A DNA stretch of 64,000 nucleotides from Desulfurococcales archaeon (GTDB lineage: Archaea > Thermoproteota > Thermoprotei_A > Sulfolobales > Desulfurococcaceae): assembly GCA_027022365.1 (NCBI GenBank), contig JALVYU010000026.1:544001-608000 (forward strand), in the 5' to 3' direction. The notes under the pieces were generated by a model. The model saw only the letters and a program-made list of their open reading frames with translations, did no database searches and had not been told where the DNA came from. This document shows, in pieces, positions 62,001 through 64,000 of the stretch. The position numbers and the translations under genes are program-made. Positions within the stretch are counted from its first letter, which is position 1. Each line of letters starts with the position of its first letter.

Positions 62001-62964
62001 AGAAGTAGTAGACGTTAACCCATTACCGCCATTCACTACTGATACGCTCCTCGAGGAAGCAAGCCGTGTACTAGGTCTTCCAGCGACTAGGACGATGGAG
62101 ATTGCACAGGATCTGTTCGAACTGGGTCTGATAACCTATCATAGAACAGACAGCATACGTGTAAGCGATGCAGGTATCAATGTTGCTCGCCAGTATCTGG
62201 AGGAAAAATACGGTGACAAATATAAGGAGTACTTCAAGCCCAGAACGTGGGGTGCTGGCGGAGCCCATGAGGCAATAAGGCCGACAAGACCTATCGATCC
62301 CGATAGGCTTGTACAACTAATAAAAGAAGGGGCAATTATACTTGCTAAACCCCTTACACGCCAGCACATTGCTGTTTACAGGCTAATCTTTGAAAGATTC
62401 ATAGCAAGCCAAATGATCCCGGCCAAACTAAAACTACAACGGATCGAGCTGATACTAGACGGGATATCAAAGACCCTGGAACGCTATGTAGAAATCGTCG
62501 AGAAAGGATTCCTAGAAATTTACAATATATTGAGGATAGAGAGTCGGGTCAGGCCCGGAGAATACATTGTAAGTGATGCCAGAGAATTAAAGCCGCCGCT
62601 GGCAAGATATCACGACGTCATAAAATGGATGAAAGAAAAAGGAATCGGGAGGCCAAGCACATACGCCAAAATAATACAGACTCTCATTGATAGAAAATAC
62701 GTTAAGATTACCAGCAAGGTCAAGGCATTAATACCGACTGAGAGAGGAGTAATGGTCTATGAATTCTTGACAAAATATTTTGGCGATGTAGTAAGCGTTG
62801 ATACCACGAGAAGCCTCGAGGAGAAGATGAAGCAGATTGAGGAGGGAAAAGTTGACTATCAAGAAGTTCTCGCGCAACTATACGATGAAGTACTAAACAA
62901 AGTAATAAATAGAGATAGCGGCGAACTGCGCAGAGAGGTGTGTCCGTCATCAGGATCGAAGTAG
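59053..62964 (+). CDS. rgy: Reverse gyrase
   Basis: N-terminal Zn finger, SF2 helicase (APTGMGKT, DDVD), TOPRIM ESPNKA, SAGRVQTP, ITYHRTDS. Confidence 0.97.
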   Translation: MMNPMRVHGYYRYSCPNCKGVNNDMRLIYKAPCQKCLPSQIFVKIKKEVVDKDYPYIIKTYYENVSEPKGIKKLYVFNEKVQEFEEFFKKATGGYRFWSAQRTWAKRVLKGKSFSIIAPTGMGKTMFALTTALYLAKKNIRSHRANRLDRPKCYLVFPTTPLLLQAEKRLKTLANNAGIKLCSDEEDDPKCLKIITFHGKISKKKKEEYMEAIRKGDFDILLSTNMFMHKNYQELMNKQYSFIALDDVDAILRSGKAIKILFYILGVSDEEIQKALEYIRLRQRLAFPLKEDERKELERRLKELERVVEKTRKKIKAIILVSSATGKPRGIYPKLFKVLLGFEAGSKPEAIRNIVDTYKEITGSADEEVASIVRRLGDGGLVYVPIERGIEYAEHLAEILRRNGFKAEAFHAKKAVKLLDQFANGEIDVLVGVATYYGVMVRGIDLPWRVKYAVFVGVPRHKFSTRLENPRPVDIIRVLSILREVLEGEEKQKVEIMIGRISNRLRRLSQAALRMLSEEFQKYLSGETVEETPLLRMLIDALTYARKLLSDPEIQRKLMQLPDIALVTEDDKTYILIPDTATYIQASGRTSRLYPGGITKGLSIILVDDRRLLNGLVKRMRWLFEDFTIKELNEIDLDKLMKEINEERKKVKKILEGAIKEYRALEISKSALLIVESPNKARTIANFFGKPSTRVLDNGMIVYDVTTGDYVLTIVASIGHVYDLVVDEGFKNYGVLKINDYFVPIYTDIKRCNKCGYQFTNEENKCPRCGSRDISRKIDIVDTLRELANEVDIVFIGTDPDTEGEKIGWDLKVLLEPYTNTIKRIEFHEITRKAILNAIRNPRDFDLRLIEAQIVRRIEDRWLGFALSEKLWYDFWPFYCNRFIIPKLLDAIRRGKRVQLVNCCETINRNLSAGRVQTPVLGYIIERYEQSRNPRKYGLLKYIGYIEELSLMFELVQEEIEKLGLETPKDLIGRKVVVKDMGEEVVDVNPLPPFTTDTLLEEASRVLGLPATRTMEIAQDLFELGLITYHRTDSIRVSDAGINVARQYLEEKYGDKYKEYFKPRTWGAGGAHEAIRPTRPIDPDRLVQLIKEGAIILAKPLTRQHIAVYRLIFERFIASQMIPAKLKLQRIELILDGISKTLERYVEIVEKGFLEIYNILRIESRVRPGEYIVSDARELKPPLARYHDVIKWMKEKGIGRPSTYAKIIQTLIDRKYVKITSKVKALIPTERGVMVYEFLTKYFGDVVSVDTTRSLEEKMKQIEEGKVDYQEVLAQLYDEVLNKVINRDSGELRREVCPSSGSK

Positions 62965-63806
62965 TGGGCGAGGTAGAAGACTACGGTAAAAATGCTGTTG
63001 CTGTTGTTCATCTAAATATTTTTGAATACGCTAAGAAACACAATCTAGATCACGCCAAGAACATACTGTTGTTCGCACATGAGCAAGATGTCAGGACAAT
63101 CATACTACCTTATATGCAGCCCTATGGCCCTGTAATTGATGAGGCGCCTATAAGCAATAGACGTATGATAAGAAAATACGCATTGTCCGTAAACGATCCT
63201 TACATATTAACTCTTAACATGATCGCCCGTAACTATGGGCTAAACATTGTCGTGGCCGGAATAATAGAAAGAGCTGGCTCAAAAATATATGTATCATCAA
63301 TAATGATCTCACCATATACTCAATTATCAATGATCAGACACCGTAAAATCATAATCAAAGACCATGAAAGAAAGCTAGGGATAAGCCCTGGCAAATCAAT
63401 AGCTCCACTAAAAGTCAGAGACACTATAATCGCCAGTATTCTTGACGATGAATTCTACGTGCCAGAAATGATTAGACTTCTGCTTCTAGAAAACTCCTCA
63501 TTCCTACTCTACGGATATAGTCAGAGTAGCCCTCCAAAAAACGTGACTAACCTCGTCCGGACTTACTCGTATGTTTTCTCAGTACCAATAATTGTTCCTG
63601 GATCAATAATTTATTATAGAAACAAAGTGTTGCATGTCACTCCAACAATAGTAACGGATTCGGAGGGAAACATAATATACAAGTATGTCGGTGAGGAACA
63701 GAAGATCATAATAATACCTGAACACCTATTTGTTGCCTCTGTATCGTCGAATGTGGAAACGGACACGTTAAAATTAATTGCTAGGAAGTATAGAACCATT
63801 CTTTGA
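62940..63806 (+). CDS. Carbon-nitrogen hydrolase (nitrilase)-fold protein with degenerate catalytic triad
   Basis: GIIER...IYVSS...HRK...E..LGISPG...PE..R pattern. Confidence 0.65.
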   Translation: MSVIRIEVVGEVEDYGKNAVAVVHLNIFEYAKKHNLDHAKNILLFAHEQDVRTIILPYMQPYGPVIDEAPISNRRMIRKYALSVNDPYILTLNMIARNYGLNIVVAGIIERAGSKIYVSSIMISPYTQLSMIRHRKIIIKDHERKLGISPGKSIAPLKVRDTIIASILDDEFYVPEMIRLLLLENSSFLLYGYSQSSPPKNVTNLVRTYSYVFSVPIIVPGSIIYYRNKVLHVTPTIVTDSEGNIIYKYVGEEQKIIIIPEHLFVASVSSNVETDTLKLIARKYRTIL

Positions 63807-63832
63807 CGAGTCGGGCCATGGAGGAGATGTAA

Positions 63833-64000
63833 ATGGTTTTAGAACAGAAAGTTGTACCATTAAAGACTAAGACGCTTAACGATCTCATACGGTTAGCTGT
63901 TGCAACAGCAGGTCCTCAAGGAATGACGTATATATTGAAGTTTCATGATGAGAAAGGACGATTAGTTCTAGGCGTTCTAGGAGTCTTCAGAGATTATTAC
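63833..64000 (+). CDS. Hypothetical protein, 3'-truncated by window edge
   Basis: GGAGGAG RBS, then open frame MVLEQKVVPLKTKTLNDLIRL...FRDYY. Confidence 0.6.
   Translation, partial: MVLEQKVVPLKTKTLNDLIRLAVATAGPQGMTYILKFHDEKGRLVLGVLGVFRDYY

Noticed and set aside
59053-62964. Intein in reverse gyrase or CDC48
   Set aside because: Lengths are normal and no intein splice or LAGLIDADG motifs were seen

Overview
A 64 kb stretch of core chromosome from a hyperthermophilic crenarchaeon, probably Desulfurococcales-like. This is inferred from reverse gyrase, a crenarchaeal-type TFB and EndA, intron-containing tRNAs and a 24-bp CRISPR repeat ending ATTGAAAG. The window is gene-dense and mostly informational: RNA polymerase subunits F/L/P, TFS, TFB, PCNA-PriS-GINS, aIF1, aIF2a, L10e/L21e/L40e, SRP54, GlyRS and CDC48. 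It also holds many RNA-modification enzymes, a Wtp tungstate ABC transporter and glmS. Non-coding content: 7 tRNAs (5 with 37/38 introns), a box C/D guide sRNA, a candidate sRNA abutting tRNA-His, and a CRISPR array (17 identical repeats + 1 degenerate) with no cas genes in the window. Most notable observations: (i) the spacers appear almost uniformly oriented so that crRNAs would be antisense to mRNA; (ii) there are two TmcA/Nat10 ac4C-writer paralogs, the shorter next to a structured 790-bp intergenic region; (iii) the C/D guide is predicted to methylate the wobble U34 of tRNA-Glu(UUC); (iv) a motif-degenerate AglB/STT3-like gene sits where rpl44e/rps27e usually lie; (v) several apparent pseudo-enzymes are present. 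Product calls come from recognised protein motifs, not database searches. No transposase or integrase was seen.
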